The translations under genes were made by a program, and so were the position numbers. Below the pieces are notes generated by a model. The model was not told where the DNA came from. It saw only the letters and a program-made list of their open reading frames with translations, and did not search any database. From Azolla caroliniana (taxonomy: Eukaryota; Plantae; Polypodiophyta), in contig JBHGNT010000013.1 in the NCBI GenBank assembly GCA_043228905.1, forward strand, positions 18,352,001-18,416,000: a stretch of 64,000 nt of DNA, given 5' to 3'. Below are positions 25,892 through 38,103 of this stretch, piece after piece (positions within the stretch are counted from its first letter, which is position 1; each line of letters opens with the position of its first letter).

Positions 25892-26914
25892 CTTACGCAC
25901 ATTTGCCTATTTGTTTCATTGCTCAACATCCAAATTTGATCTTCCCCATTACATGTGAATAGTTTTCTATTTGGTTAATTGTAGAAAGTATAATTTGGAT
26001 TAATCTACATACTAAGCTTCTACGTAAAATATATAATTCACATGATACTTTTTATTTATGTTGTAGTGAATAATAAATGGATCCTACAGAATCAAAAGAT
26101 GGATGATCACAAACTAAGAGATGTTAAAATATCATTTGAAGCTATAGAAACCTATCAAAGCATTACATCTAACCTCTATCTGCAATGATGAGTAAGGATT
26201 CGAGATCAAGTAGTAGAAAAATAAACTATGAAGATGTTTTGTAGAGATTAATATCAAACCTGAAACCTTTTATATTAGAATAGATAACCTTTATTAGTTC
26301 ACCTCAAGAAAAATGTAGCTTCTCGTATAGTTTATCAATATACTAAAACTTTCATTGATGTATTCTAAGGAAATAACTTATGTCATTCACCTTACCAATG
26401 GACCAATGTTTAGGGAACAAATTCTTTTGGATAGCTAGAGTACCTAGTCAATTGGTTGGAGTAATATGTGTACGCCTCGTTATTGGACTTAGGAGCTTGT
26501 AGAGAATTTGGGTAATGCCCCAACTATTAGACGAAAACAGTGTACCCATTATCGTGATGAGCCTTGCAAGTTGTTCAACTCATCAATCATCACAAAAGGA
26601 TTGTTGCTCTACAATTGTGATCGATCTACAAAATTGAGTCATGAACAATAAAAATTAGTGGAGCCTATTTACACTTTGTCTTCCTCTCAAAAGGCAATAA
26701 TTAATGGCACTGCTGGAAAGTAAACGTCCTTCTCCATGTTAGCATATCCATGGCCACATCACGAGTCGTGCGCATTGATCATACAACCGCTTTTTGTCGA
26801 GTAATGCTTTTGGGGTACGGATATCTTGATGATTTTTGAATAGGTAATGAGTTCCTTTGACGTTTAATTCTTCTTTATTATTGTACATTCTTTATTTGAT
26901 GCCTATATGCAACA

Positions 26915-27018
26915 AAAAGGCCAACCAAAGGGAGAAGTCACTATTTGAGTACTCTACCGGTCGCAAATGTTCCAAATGTGGTCAAGCTGGTCACAATGGA
27001 CGCACTTGCAATATGTGA
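26915..27018 (+). mobile_element. Mutator-like transposase C-terminal remnant (CCHC zinc knuckle)
   Basis: Encodes RKCSKCGQAGHNGRTCNM*, preceded by a KGQPK motif. Confidence 0.55.
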
Positions 27019-27587
27019 GAATCACAGCTATGCTGAGTTTATTAATTAATTAATAAACAATTTCATTTGGTTATATTACTTTCTATAAATTTAGGGAGGG
27101 GAGGATAGCCAAAATGGGGGGGCAAATTGCGCTTTCCTAAACATAAATGACGTACACATATGTATACTTTGTGGCTCCCCTTTCTTTGCCCCTTTTCCCA
27201 TGTGCTACACATTCTCCCTGTTTTACTTTTTCACACATGCTTTCACTCCATTCCGTATCTCCAATTTAGCATCACGAAAACATAAGTAACAAGTTTACCA
27301 CCTTAACAAAAATCCAAAGACAATTATGCTAGCATCTTCCTAGTCTTGTCTTGCTTTCTCCTATGAGATTGAAAAGTTGATGATGTGGTCAGAGATGAGA
27401 TGGTGAGTACAACAATTTGAAATCATGTTTTACCTTCTTTTTTCTTTAAATGAAAATATGTGTGTCATATCTACTAAATTAATATTATTTTATTGTACAT
27501 TCTTATTTATTATTTTATTTTATTGTAACGAGTTCCTTTGAGGTTTAATTCTTATTTATTATTGTACATTCTTTATTTGATGCCTAT

Positions 27588-28070
27588 ATGCAACAAATTT
27601 TTGGCATGTTTTCAGAACAAGTTATTTCAAAAGGATGGCATGCGTGGGATACAACAGTACAAAACATCAATGATATTCATCGTATGGATTGTATGATTAA
27701 TGCTAAAAGACGCAAGAAATTGATTGATAAGTTTTCATATATCCTTACGCGGTGCAATGCACTATTGATGAATAATCCACATGATGAAGAGCTTTTGGAT
27801 GTTCAAGTTCGTTCAAGTACAAGACATTATGAAGAATTTGTCTTGTCAAAGTTATCAATAGACAAGAGTACGTCAATTAAAGGAGGCATTTATAGATAAT
27901 CAATCACAATCTCATATGTTTTCTTTTCAAGGACTAAGACCACCATATGCTCGTTCAAGTGTGGTACAAATTAAGATAAGGGATGACATTGTTGTAGACC
28001 CAGTCAAGGTTATTGAATTATGTTATACTCATTTGATGAATTTGATTGGGCCAAAGTTGATTATTAATGA

Positions 28071-28075
<5 letters not shown>
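27588..28075 (+). mobile_element. Probable LINE ORF2 linker remnant (also at ~24700-25180 and ~29900-30400)
   Basis: FQGLRPPYARSSVVQIKI.DDIVVDP.KVIELC.THLMNL resembles the endonuclease-RT linker of L1-type ORF2; frame is disrupted. Confidence 0.4.

Positions 28076-28151
<76 letters not shown>
28074..28151. repeat. (CT)n microsatellite, variable in length among units
   Basis: Direct reading; shorter versions at ~25183 and ~30403. Confidence 0.95.
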
Positions 28152-28153
<2 letters not shown>

Positions 28154-28607
28154 TGTATGTGGAAGACTCACTTGGCCGATCTCTTGGTCTCGTTTGATGT
28201 CAAGAACATCCTGACTTCCATGAATTTCTTGAACATTGTAATCCATAGAACCTAAAAGAAATTATACTTGCGAGGACAATTCATTTGTGTGTGTGTGTGT
28301 GTACATGTGAATGTACGTGTGCTTCTCATGACAAGTCAATTGGACATAATACATTTAGAAAATGGCTCCCACCAGCACTTGGATGGGAATAGTTTCCTGT
28401 CTTCGAACCAGCCAGGAAACAGAAGTGGGTGACAATACATAATTTTGACAGCTCAAAGTCCCTTTCGACATGGAGAGGGTTTCTGATTTTAAAGCAAGTC
28501 CTACATTGCTGAAAACAGGGATTGGTGTTAAATAGTAAGTACTAACTAATAATATACAGTAGCAGCTTCATTAGTTAGTATTTGGTCCAAAAGCAAAAGA
28601 ATTAAAC

Positions 28608-28810
28608 ATGAAGTGGTGTCGCTGTCTAAGAGGCAAACCTGAAGAATCAAAACCGGCAGATCAAGATACAAGGGAAGTATCCGTAGACCCAAAACCGGCA
28701 GATCAACATACAAAGGAAGGATCAACAGGCCCAAAACCGGCAGATCAAGATACAAGGAAAGGATCAACAGACCCAAAACCAGGAGATGAACATACAAGAG
28801 AACGATCAGC
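28608..28810 (+). pseudogene. Truncated GTPase gene 1 copy (N-terminal repeats only)
   Basis: MKWCRCLRGKPEES plus four 14-aa repeats, then fused to unrelated sequence homologous to ~53920-54375. Confidence 0.85.
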
Positions 28811-30399
28811 TTACCCTACAAGCCTATATACAAGCGATCTAGGTCTATCTCTCTCTCTCTCCATTGTAATTAGGTTACCCTAGTGGTAAGTTGTTACACT
28901 ATAAGTATTACGTTTTGGGTTTAAAACCTAATTTCCCATTACATGTGAATAGTTTTCTATTTGGTTAATTGTAGAAAGTATAATTTGGATTAATCTACAT
29001 ACTAAGCTTCTACGTAAAATATATAATTCACATGATACTTTTTATTTATGTTGTAGAGAATAATAAATGGATCCTATAGAATCAAAAGATGGATGATCAC
29101 AAACTAAGAGCTATTAAAATATCGTTTGAAGCTATAGAAACCTATCAAAGCATTACATCTAACCTCTATCTGCAATGATGAGTAAGGATTTGAGATCAAG
29201 TAGTAGAAAAATAAACTATGAAAATGTTTTGTAGAGATTAATATCAAACCCGAAACCTTTTAGATTAGAATTGATAACACTTACCAGTTCACCTCAAGAC
29301 AAATCTAGCTTCTCGTCTAGTTTATCAATATACTAAAACTTTCATTGATGTACTCTAAGGAAATAACTTATGTCGTTCACCTTACCAATGGACCAATGTT
29401 TAGGGAACAAGTTCTTTTGGATAGCTAGAGTACCTAGTCAATTGGTTGGAGTAATATGTGTACGCCTAGTTATTGGACTTGGGAGCTTGTAGAGAATCTG
29501 GGTAATGCCCCAACTATTAGAGGAAAACAGTGTACCCATTATCGTGATAAGCCTTGCAAGTTGTTCAACTCATCAATCATCACAAAAGGATTGTTGCTCT
29601 ACAGTTGCGATCGATCTACAAAATTGAGTCATGAACAATAAAAATTAGTGGAGCCTATTTACACTTCGTCTTCCTCTCAAAAGGCAATAATTAATGGCAC
29701 TACTAGAAAGTAAACGTCCTTCTCCATGTTAGCATATCCATGGCCACATCATGAGTCGTGCCATTGATCATACAACCGCTTTTTGTCGAGTAATGCTTTT
29801 GGGGTACGGATATCTTGATGATTTTTGAACAGGTAATGAGTTCTTTTGAGGTTTAATTCTTCTTTATTATTGTACATTCTTTATTTGATGCCTATATGTA
29901 ACAAAATTTTGGCATGTTTTCAGAATAAGTTATTTAAAAAGGATGGCATGCATGGGATACAACAGTACAAAACATCAATGATATTCATCGTATGGATGGT
30001 ATGATTAATGCTAAAAGACGCAAGAAATTGATTGATAAGTTTTCATATATTCTTACGCGATGCAATGTACTATTGATGAATAATCCACATGATGAAGAGC
30101 TTTTGGATGTTCAAGTTCGTTCAAGTACAGGACATTGTGAAGAATTTGTCTTGTCAAAGTTATCAACAGACAAGAGATAAGACTACGTGAATTAAAGGAG
30201 GCATTTATAGATAATCAATCACAATCTCATATGTTTTCTTTTCAAGGATTAAGACCACCATATGCTCGTTCAAATGTGGTACAACAAATTAAGATAGGGG
30301 ATGCCATTGTTATAGACCCGTTATAGACCCAGTCAAGGTTATTGAGTTATGTATTACTCATTTTATGAATTTGATTGGGCCAAAGTTGATTATTAATGA

Positions 30400-30438
<39 letters not shown>

Positions 30439-30919
30439 GGATATGGAAGACTCACTTGGCCGATTTCTTGGTCTCGTTTGATGTCAAGAACGTCCTGACT
30501 TCCATGAATTTCTTGAACATTGTAATCCATAGAACCTAAAAGAAATTATACTTACGATGACAATTCATTTGTGTATGTGTGTGTGTGTGTGTGTGTGTGC
30601 ATGTGAATGTACGTGTGCTTGTGATGACAAGTCATTCGGACATAATACATTTAGAAAATGGCTCCCACCACAACTTGGATGGGAATAGTTTCCTGTCGTC
30701 TAACCAGCCAGGAAACAGAAGTGGGTGACAATACATCATTTTGACAGCTCTCATTATCGACATCTCAAAGTCCCTTTCCACATGGAGAGGGTTTCTGATT
30801 TTAAAGTAAGTCCTACATTGCCAAAAACAGGGATTGGTGTTAAATATTAAGTACTAACTAATAACATACAGCAGCAGCTTCATTAGTTAGTATTTGGTCC
30901 AAAAGCAAAAGAATTAAAC

Positions 30920-33434
30920 ATGAAGTGGTGTTGCTGTCTAAGAGGCAAACCTGAAGAATCAAAACCGGCAGATCAAGATACAAGGGAAGCATCAACAGAC
31001 CCAAAACCGGTAGATCAATATACAAGAGAACGATCAGTAGACCCAAAAACGGCAGATCAACATACAAAGGAAGGATCAACAGCCCCAAAACCGGCAGATC
31101 AATATACAAAGAAAGGATCGACAGACCAATATACACGTAGGGAACAATTGAAGATTATATACAACAAACACTTCCGATCAGCAGATCTGTATAGGACCGT
31201 TCGCATCCTGGTAGTGGGACGTTCGGGCTGTGGCAAGACCACCCTCATCCGCTTGATCGTTGGCAAGGAGGGGCCCTGCAATCTTGGGGATAAAGCTGTG
31301 GCCGGTGTCCAGGACATCCGCAAAGAATGGCGGTGCCTGCAGGACGAGGGCCTCCCAGAGCTTGTCATCCATGACAGCAATGGCATGGACGTGCGTGGTG
31401 AAGAGAATCTCCAAACCGTGAAACAGTTCATCGAGGAGCGGCAGAAGAGAAATGAGGAGTCGGAACGGATCAACCTCATATGGTATGTGTTCAGTGCATC
31501 CGACAACAGATTCGCGGATGATTGCAATCTCATGGGGATCGTCGCGGACAGCGCCATTCCGGTGCTTCTCATCATGACATACAACGATATCCCTGAATTG
31601 GTGGAGCAACACGTTACGGATGACAATGTGAATCGGCTTCTAAAAGACATCAGGAATGAGAGGAAGAGGGACAAAATCAAGGCTCAAATGGTGAGGATCG
31701 GCAACAAAGTGAAATTGAACAAAAACACAAATGAAATCACTGGTCTCCAAGACAAGGAACGGCTGAAGGAGATCTCGAAGAAGTCCATGAAGCTTCTGGA
31801 CGACAAATTGAAGTACACATGGATTGCAGCACAGGTGGTGGATCTAGAGGCGAAGCTGGATGCGACCATCACACTGATCCTGGAGTCTGCCAAGTCTGCA
31901 CTACACCTCCCAAACCTTCTGGAGGATGATCAGGAGGTCCAATCCAGACTGTACACCATACATACCAATGTATGTAGCATTTGGAGGGTGCCTGAAGACC
32001 TTAACTCTTGTCTCTTTTACGAACTGCTACTTCGTGAAAGTGATCTTGGAATCAAGGTGACACAGGCAGAGAACACCACATTCCTCATTCATATGCTGGG
32101 AATCCTCATAACAGCCGGGGTAAATTACAAGCTCAGGAAAATGCTGAGCCCTGATGATGAAAGGAAGGCACACAAGGCAAGTAAGGTAGTCACAACCTAC
32201 GAGCTACGAATCCTTTTGGCCATCCTCTTCATCAAGTCCCGGCAAACGAGAGAGAATCGAAGTCTCAACAGCTGGGACACCTCGGCGACTTGGGAACATT
32301 ACAGAGACTTGTGTGCCGAGTTTATGGATCGGTCCAAGGACCACATGCCCGAGTCGGGATTGAACCTGATTAATGTGTTTCGGAAATGGACGACCTCGCC
32401 CGAGACAATCGCGGACCTCATAAGTGACTTCGCGGTCGAGAACTACGAGCTCTACCTTATGGACAGACCCTCTAGTCTGAAGTCTCTTCTCGGAATGTCG
32501 AATGAGACGAATCCGAGACCACATGAAGAAGTTGATGAGGAGGTATGCCCACCTATATATATATATATATATGTATGTATATATAACTTTCAATTCAATG
32601 TCTCCTTGTGCATCTAAGTTTGTCTCATAAATATTCATCCCTATGATATATATATATATACATATGTATATCATGTATGCCTGTTGTTTTCCTTGTTCAA
32701 GCACACTTATTGGTCGACTCCAAATGTTTCATTTACAACCAATTATGCAAGTTTATTTGACTAAGAAATACATAGAAACATGATGAAAACAAAATTTGAC
32801 TCCCTAGATTCGGTGAATTTGTCTACCCAATGACACTTACTTTCTTAACCTTACTTATAATAATTACATCACGACTACTAAATCTTCCTTCTTGTAAATT
32901 AGGGTGCCCGTCACACCAAAGGAAAGAATGTACTCATCGAACAAGATATTCAACCGAAGACAAGAATATTGTTTGATCATATGCGTAAGTTATTGTGCTT
33001 AATAATTGATTTTGTTTCTATAAAGTGCTTACACACATTTGCCTGTTTGTTTTATTTCCCAACATCCAAATATAATCCAGCCCATAACATATAAATAGAT
33101 TCCTACTCGGTTATTTGTGGAAAGTATAATTTGGATTAATCTACATGTACTAACCTAATGTGTGCAAATAGCACCCTTATATAAGCTTCTACGTAAAATA
33201 AATATATCATTCACATGATACTTGTTTTTTATTTATGTTGTAGTGACTAATAAATGGATTCTACCGAATCAAAAGATGGATGACCACGAACTAAGAGATC
33301 TTAAAATATCGTCTCAAGCTATCAAAACCTATCAAGGCATTACGTACACTTATCTTTACGACAATATTTTGAACCAATGGAAAGCATATTCTCCGCGGCT
33401 TTCTGAGAGCATAGATTATATATTGTTCCCCTAA
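30920..33434 (+). CDS. P-loop GTPase gene 1 (MMR_HSR1/YcjF-like G domain plus helical C-terminus); predicted exons 30920-32542, 32903-32984, 33244-33434
   Basis: G1 GRSGCGKTT, G3 HDSNG, G4-like TYND. GT-AG introns with compatible phases (0, then 1) give one open frame ending ...IDYILFP*. Confidence 0.82.
30962..31130 (+). repeat. 42-bp (14-aa, KPADQxTxExSxDP) coding tandem repeat, 4 copies
   Basis: Visible in both DNA and protein. Confidence 0.9.
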
Positions 33435-34464
33435 TATTAAACATATTTTTGCCAAACATTGTTCAGCTTTATATGTTTGAATTGTTACTTTGCATTGTTG
33501 ATTTTATGTAATGATTTTACAACCCCATTATTGAAAACCTATATATTATAATAAAACTTTAGAATGAAAGCAAAGTGTGATAAATTCAATTAACAAGATC
33601 CCGAGTGCTTGGTACTAATGGAAAGATACCATGGACGAGGATGGTTTGGATGCCCTCAAACCATTCTGCCTCAATGCTTATATTTGATTAACACATTAGC
33701 AACCATTGTTCATCTTGTTCTTGCTCTTACAAACCCATTCAAAATTGTTTCTTGTTTTCTATTGATGGGAACATAATGGTCTTTGGTATTAATATTTTAT
33801 TGCAGATCTTTGGACTCGGTCTCCTTTTCCCGACAATAGACTTTATGTATTATATAAATCATTTACTCTTTCATCATCATTGATATTTATTGTGGATCTT
33901 TGGACTTGCTCTCCTTTTCCCTACAATACACTTTATGTATTATATCCTTGTTCTTATGCTATTTACAACTTCTCACATAAACCATCTCAAGTTTAAATCA
34001 TATTGTAACATTATGGTGAAAGTTTATGACTTCAAATCATTTAGTAACATTGGCATTTAAAGGTCTCCAATTTGAATCATACTCTAGACTATGTTGCATT
34101 GCTCCTTACCCTAATCTTTCGTAACACTATAGTTTAATGAAATTATTCTTGTCAAATCTTGTGCTTCATTCATTTCTTGATCCAAAACTAGCCACTTGAG
34201 CGTCAACACCCAAACGCAACAATTATCTAAGGCACATCCACACCAACATTACAAAAATATATCTTTTAGTTGTGTTTCAATTCAACACATTTATATAATA
34301 TAATGTGCAAATTTGTTCCATATAAATTGGCAATGGTTTTATAAGGATTCCATATCCTTCAATCTTGGTAAATGATCTAGAAATAGCCAAAGTTATATCT
34401 TTGGAGGTTATGTAGACACTCATTTCGACATATGTTACATAACTCTATGGAAACATAGGAGAAC

Positions 34465-34840
34465 AACATTGTGAACAATAAGCTCTTCGAATACTTCTTG
34501 TGCTTTTTCCAACTTGCCACACTTTGCATACAAGTCAAACAATGCAATGCCAAGCACAATATTCTTTTCCAATAATCCTCTCTTTCGAACTTCCAAATGT
34601 ATCTCTTTCTCCATCTCGAGGCCTTTCAGGCTTCCACAAGCTTTCAAGATGGAAACAAAACTTATTGCATTAGGAACTATTCGCTCATCACACATTTGCT
34701 TGAAACATTTCACGCCTTCATCCCCAAATCCATGTTGGGCATATCTAGCAATCAGGGAAGTCCTAGCCACAACATTTCGCACCGAAAGCTCTTCAAACAC
34801 TTCTTATGCCTTCTCAAGCATTCCAAACTTGCAATACATT
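34465..34840 (-). pseudogene. PPR fragment duplicated from the gene at 59568-62454
   Basis: Closely matches ~60805-61180 (FEELSVRNVVA.TSLIA.YAQHGFGDEGVKCFKQM); has a stop and is truncated at both ends. Confidence 0.9.
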
Positions 34841-35949
34841 TTCAAAGACAAGACTACCGTTTGACCATCCGTGTAAGTTATTTTCTTAATATTGGTTTTA
34901 TTTCTATAATGTGCTTACACACATTTGCCTATTTGTTTCATTGCTCAACATCCAAATTTTATCTTCCCCATTACATGTGAATAGTTTTCTATTTGGTTAA
35001 TTGTAGAAAGTATAATTTGGATTAATCTACATACTAAGCTTCTACGTAAAATATATAATTCACATGATACTTTTTATTTATGTTGTAGTGAATAATAAAT
35101 GGATCCTACAAAATCAAAAGATGGATGATCACAAACTAAGAGATGTTAAAATATCGTTTGAAGCTATAGAAACCTATCAAAGCATTACATCTAACCTCTA
35201 TCTGCAATGATGACTAAGGATTCGAGATCAAGTAGTAGAAAAATAAACTATGAAGATGTCTTGTAGAGATTAATATCAAACCTGAAACCTTTTAGATTAG
35301 AATAGATAACCTTTATTAGTTCACCTCAAGCCAAAGTAGCCTCTCGTATAGTTTATCAATATACTAAAACTTTCATTGATGTATTCTAAGGAAATAACTT
35401 ATGTCGTTCACCTTACCAATGGACCAATGTTTAGGGAACAAATTCTTTTGGATAGCTAGAGTACCTAGTCAATTGGTTGGAGTAATATGTGTACGCCTAG
35501 TTATTGGAATTGGGAGCTTGTAGAGAATCTGGGTAATGCCCCAACTATTGGAGGAAAAAAGTGTCACCATTATCGTGATGAGCCTTGCAAATTGTTCAAC
35601 TCATCAATCATCACAAAAGGATTGTTGCTCTACAGTTGCGATCGATCTACAAAATTGAGTCATGAACAATAAAAATTAGTGGAGCCTATTTACACTTCTG
35701 TCTTCCTCTCAAAAGGCAATAATTAATGGCACTGCTGGAAAGTAAACGTCCTTCTCCATGTTAGCATATCCATGGCCACATCATGAGTCGTGCCATTGAT
35801 CATACAGCCGCTTTTTGTCGAGTAATGCTTTTGGGGTACGGATATCTTGATGATTTTTTAAAGGCGGAAACCATTTGCCAGAATGAAAGTGTGTAAGAAA
35901 GCAATCAGATAGATTAGAGTTCACAGAAAATCTTAATAATACAATTATC

Positions 35950-37791
35950 ATGGTCGATTTGATCTGTTCTTGCTTTGATTGTACTTGCGGAAGGAAGAAT
36001 TTGGGAGATCAATGCGTGACAACCCCTCCTCCCAATGGTCAGAATTCCTCGGGGGGAGATCATTGCACGGCCCCAGTTCACCATTATGAGAAGAGCCATC
36101 CAGGGACGAAGCAAATGACATCGGATTTGGCTAATACAGTCATTAGCAACTCTGCACAGGCATCTTCATCGAAGACGGAGGAGTATAGCCATTACTTATA
36201 TGACACACTCCGAATCCTGGTGGTCGGGCGGTCGGGTGCTGGCAAGACCACGCTCATCCGGCTCCTGGTCGGCAAAGGCGGCCCCCAAAAGCTTGGCACC
36301 GACGCAGTGGCCAGCATTCAGAACATTGAGAAAGAATGGCAAGTCCTCAAGACGGAGGGCCTTCCGCAGCTCGTCTTCCATGACAGCAATGGGATGGGTG
36401 TACGCGGCAGCAAGAGCCTCACCGAAGTGAAGAATTTCATCGATTCACGGAATGATTCGAGCCACTTACCAGATAGAATCCATCTGATCTGGTACATCAT
36501 CAGCGCAGCCGATAACAGATTCGCAGACGATGGTGACCTTATGCGTGTGGTGCGGGAGAGCAACATCCCCATGCTGCTCATCATGACCTACAATGATATC
36601 CCCGAGGAAGCCCGCAAGCAACATGTCAGTGACGACAATCTAGACTTGCTTCTCAAATCGGTCGTGGACGAGAAGGAGAAGTCGAAGATCAAACGACAGA
36701 TGGTGCGGATCGGTAACAAAGTGAAGATCGATAAAGATACATGTGAAATAATTGGAGAACCAGACACCCAAGGGCTACGGAACATGTCGAGGCAGACCGA
36801 GATGCTTCTGCACAAGACCGCCAAGTTCACATGGATCGCGGCGCAAGCTGTGGACATATGCACCAAGATCCACGCGACGACCACATTGATTCTGCGAATG
36901 ACCAAGGCGGCTCTTATTGCCAAGGGATTCACGTTTTCCATGAATTCCTTGTCCCTCCTCGTCGTGCTCAACACCTTGGAGACGAACATCTGCAAGATAT
37001 GGAGGGTTCCGACTGAGCTCCGGAAGTCATTGTGGAGCATGTATTTTCGCAACAAAGGATATCGGATGTTTCTTGGCGAGGCATGTCGCGACATGGAGAA
37101 GGTAATGAAAGCGTTGGGTGCTCTCATAATGTTGGTAGTGTCCACCCTTCCGGTGCCAGCAGTACTTACTGTGTCTGTCGTTGGTGGACTACTTCTCAAA
37201 TGGAATCCTGGTGTAAAGGATCCCAATGAGCAGCGCCGTAGCAAAACGACCGTCATGATCATCACATACGCGCTACATCTCCTCTTGGCCATCCTCTTCA
37301 TGAAGGCACAGCAATGGATTAAGAAGCAAGCCGGCCAAGGCCAAGGCCAGCACCAGACCCAGCTCCTGCATGAGCCATGGAATCCGGCACTCACACAAAA
37401 CGATTACATGAGGCTGTGTGAAGAGTTCTTGAAGAATATGGAGACCCACTTCCCTGGTTTAGAACAAGGTGGTAATAGTGGTGGTGGGTCGGCCATTAGC
37501 TCCACATGGGACATCATGTTTAGATCGGACAATGTGGTGCGTTTCATCGACAACTTTGCACTGGAACGATATAAGATGTACTTCCGAGATGCCCACGGTC
37601 ACGATGACAGCCACGTGGTGTCCACTAGACCCACAAACCACCAGGTACCATTCCTCCTCTTCCTCATTCTAGTACTACTAACTTGTCGACGTCGTAGGGT
37701 TACATCCCCGACATTAAGGTTTCCCCCCGCCCCGCTAAATGCCCCACATCCACTTATATCATTAAAATGTTATTTAGGTCAATCCTGAGCT

Positions 37792-37835
<44 letters not shown>

Positions 37836-37904
37836 GATCAAGCAACGATACAAATAACCCACAACACGAAGATCAAGAGATTCTCAACTACGAACAATAT
37901 GAGT
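35950..37904 (+). CDS. P-loop GTPase gene 2 (paralog of gene 1); exon 1 35950-37644, probable exon 2 from 37778 encoding an (EP)n tract; 3' end uncertain
   Basis: G1 GRSGAGKTT, HDSNG, DRIHLIWY, TYND, WIAAQAVD; hydrophobic segment ALIMLVVSTLPVPAVLTVSVVGGLLL. Donor CAG|GTACCA and acceptor TTTAG|GTC are in phase 0. Confidence 0.82.
37785..37834 (+). repeat. (GAGCCT)n hexanucleotide repeat, probably coding Glu-Pro
   Basis: Direct reading; in frame with predicted exon 2. Confidence 0.85.
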
Positions 37905-38103
37905 GTAAGGTTCTTAAGCATTCATTGTTGTTTTTTATCTTATTTCGTGAACATGCTAATGATATATGCACTAAATATTATATGAGGGAGCAAACTACAA
38001 ACCGTTATCTTATAATTATCACAGCATGCAAAAAATAAGAATTGGATTTATAGAAAAAGGATCTCTAAAAGTAGGCGTATAAGTTACCACATCATACATA
38101 CAA

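Larger units (their letters stand above)
24595..35860 (+). repeat. Tandem segmental duplication array (units start at 24595, 26796, 29785 and 35817)
   Basis: Marker GTCGAGTAATGCTTTTGGGGTACGGATATCTTGATGATT occurs 4 times. Units 1-3 share a LINE-like stretch, (CT)n, the upstream region, the GTPase start and a downstream ~0.9-kb block. Confidence 0.92.

Noticed and set aside
29456-29641. Recurrent 61-aa ORF (MCTPSYW...), also at 35487 and ~26466
   Set aside because: Conservation is explained by the recent tandem duplication, one copy has a stop, and it has no known motif
30782-30810. Upstream ATG with GTAAG donor as an alternative first exon of gene 1
   Set aside because: Sister copies have GCAAG at this site and no acceptor could be assigned confidently; needs transcript data
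30858-31136. Minus-strand hydrophobic repeat ORFs (LPVLGLLILPLY), also at 28546 and 25615
   Set aside because: Antisense reading of the 42-bp coding repeat of the GTPase gene
36588-37394. 268-aa minus-strand ORF
   Set aside because: Fully antisense to GTPase gene 2 with no independent motifs
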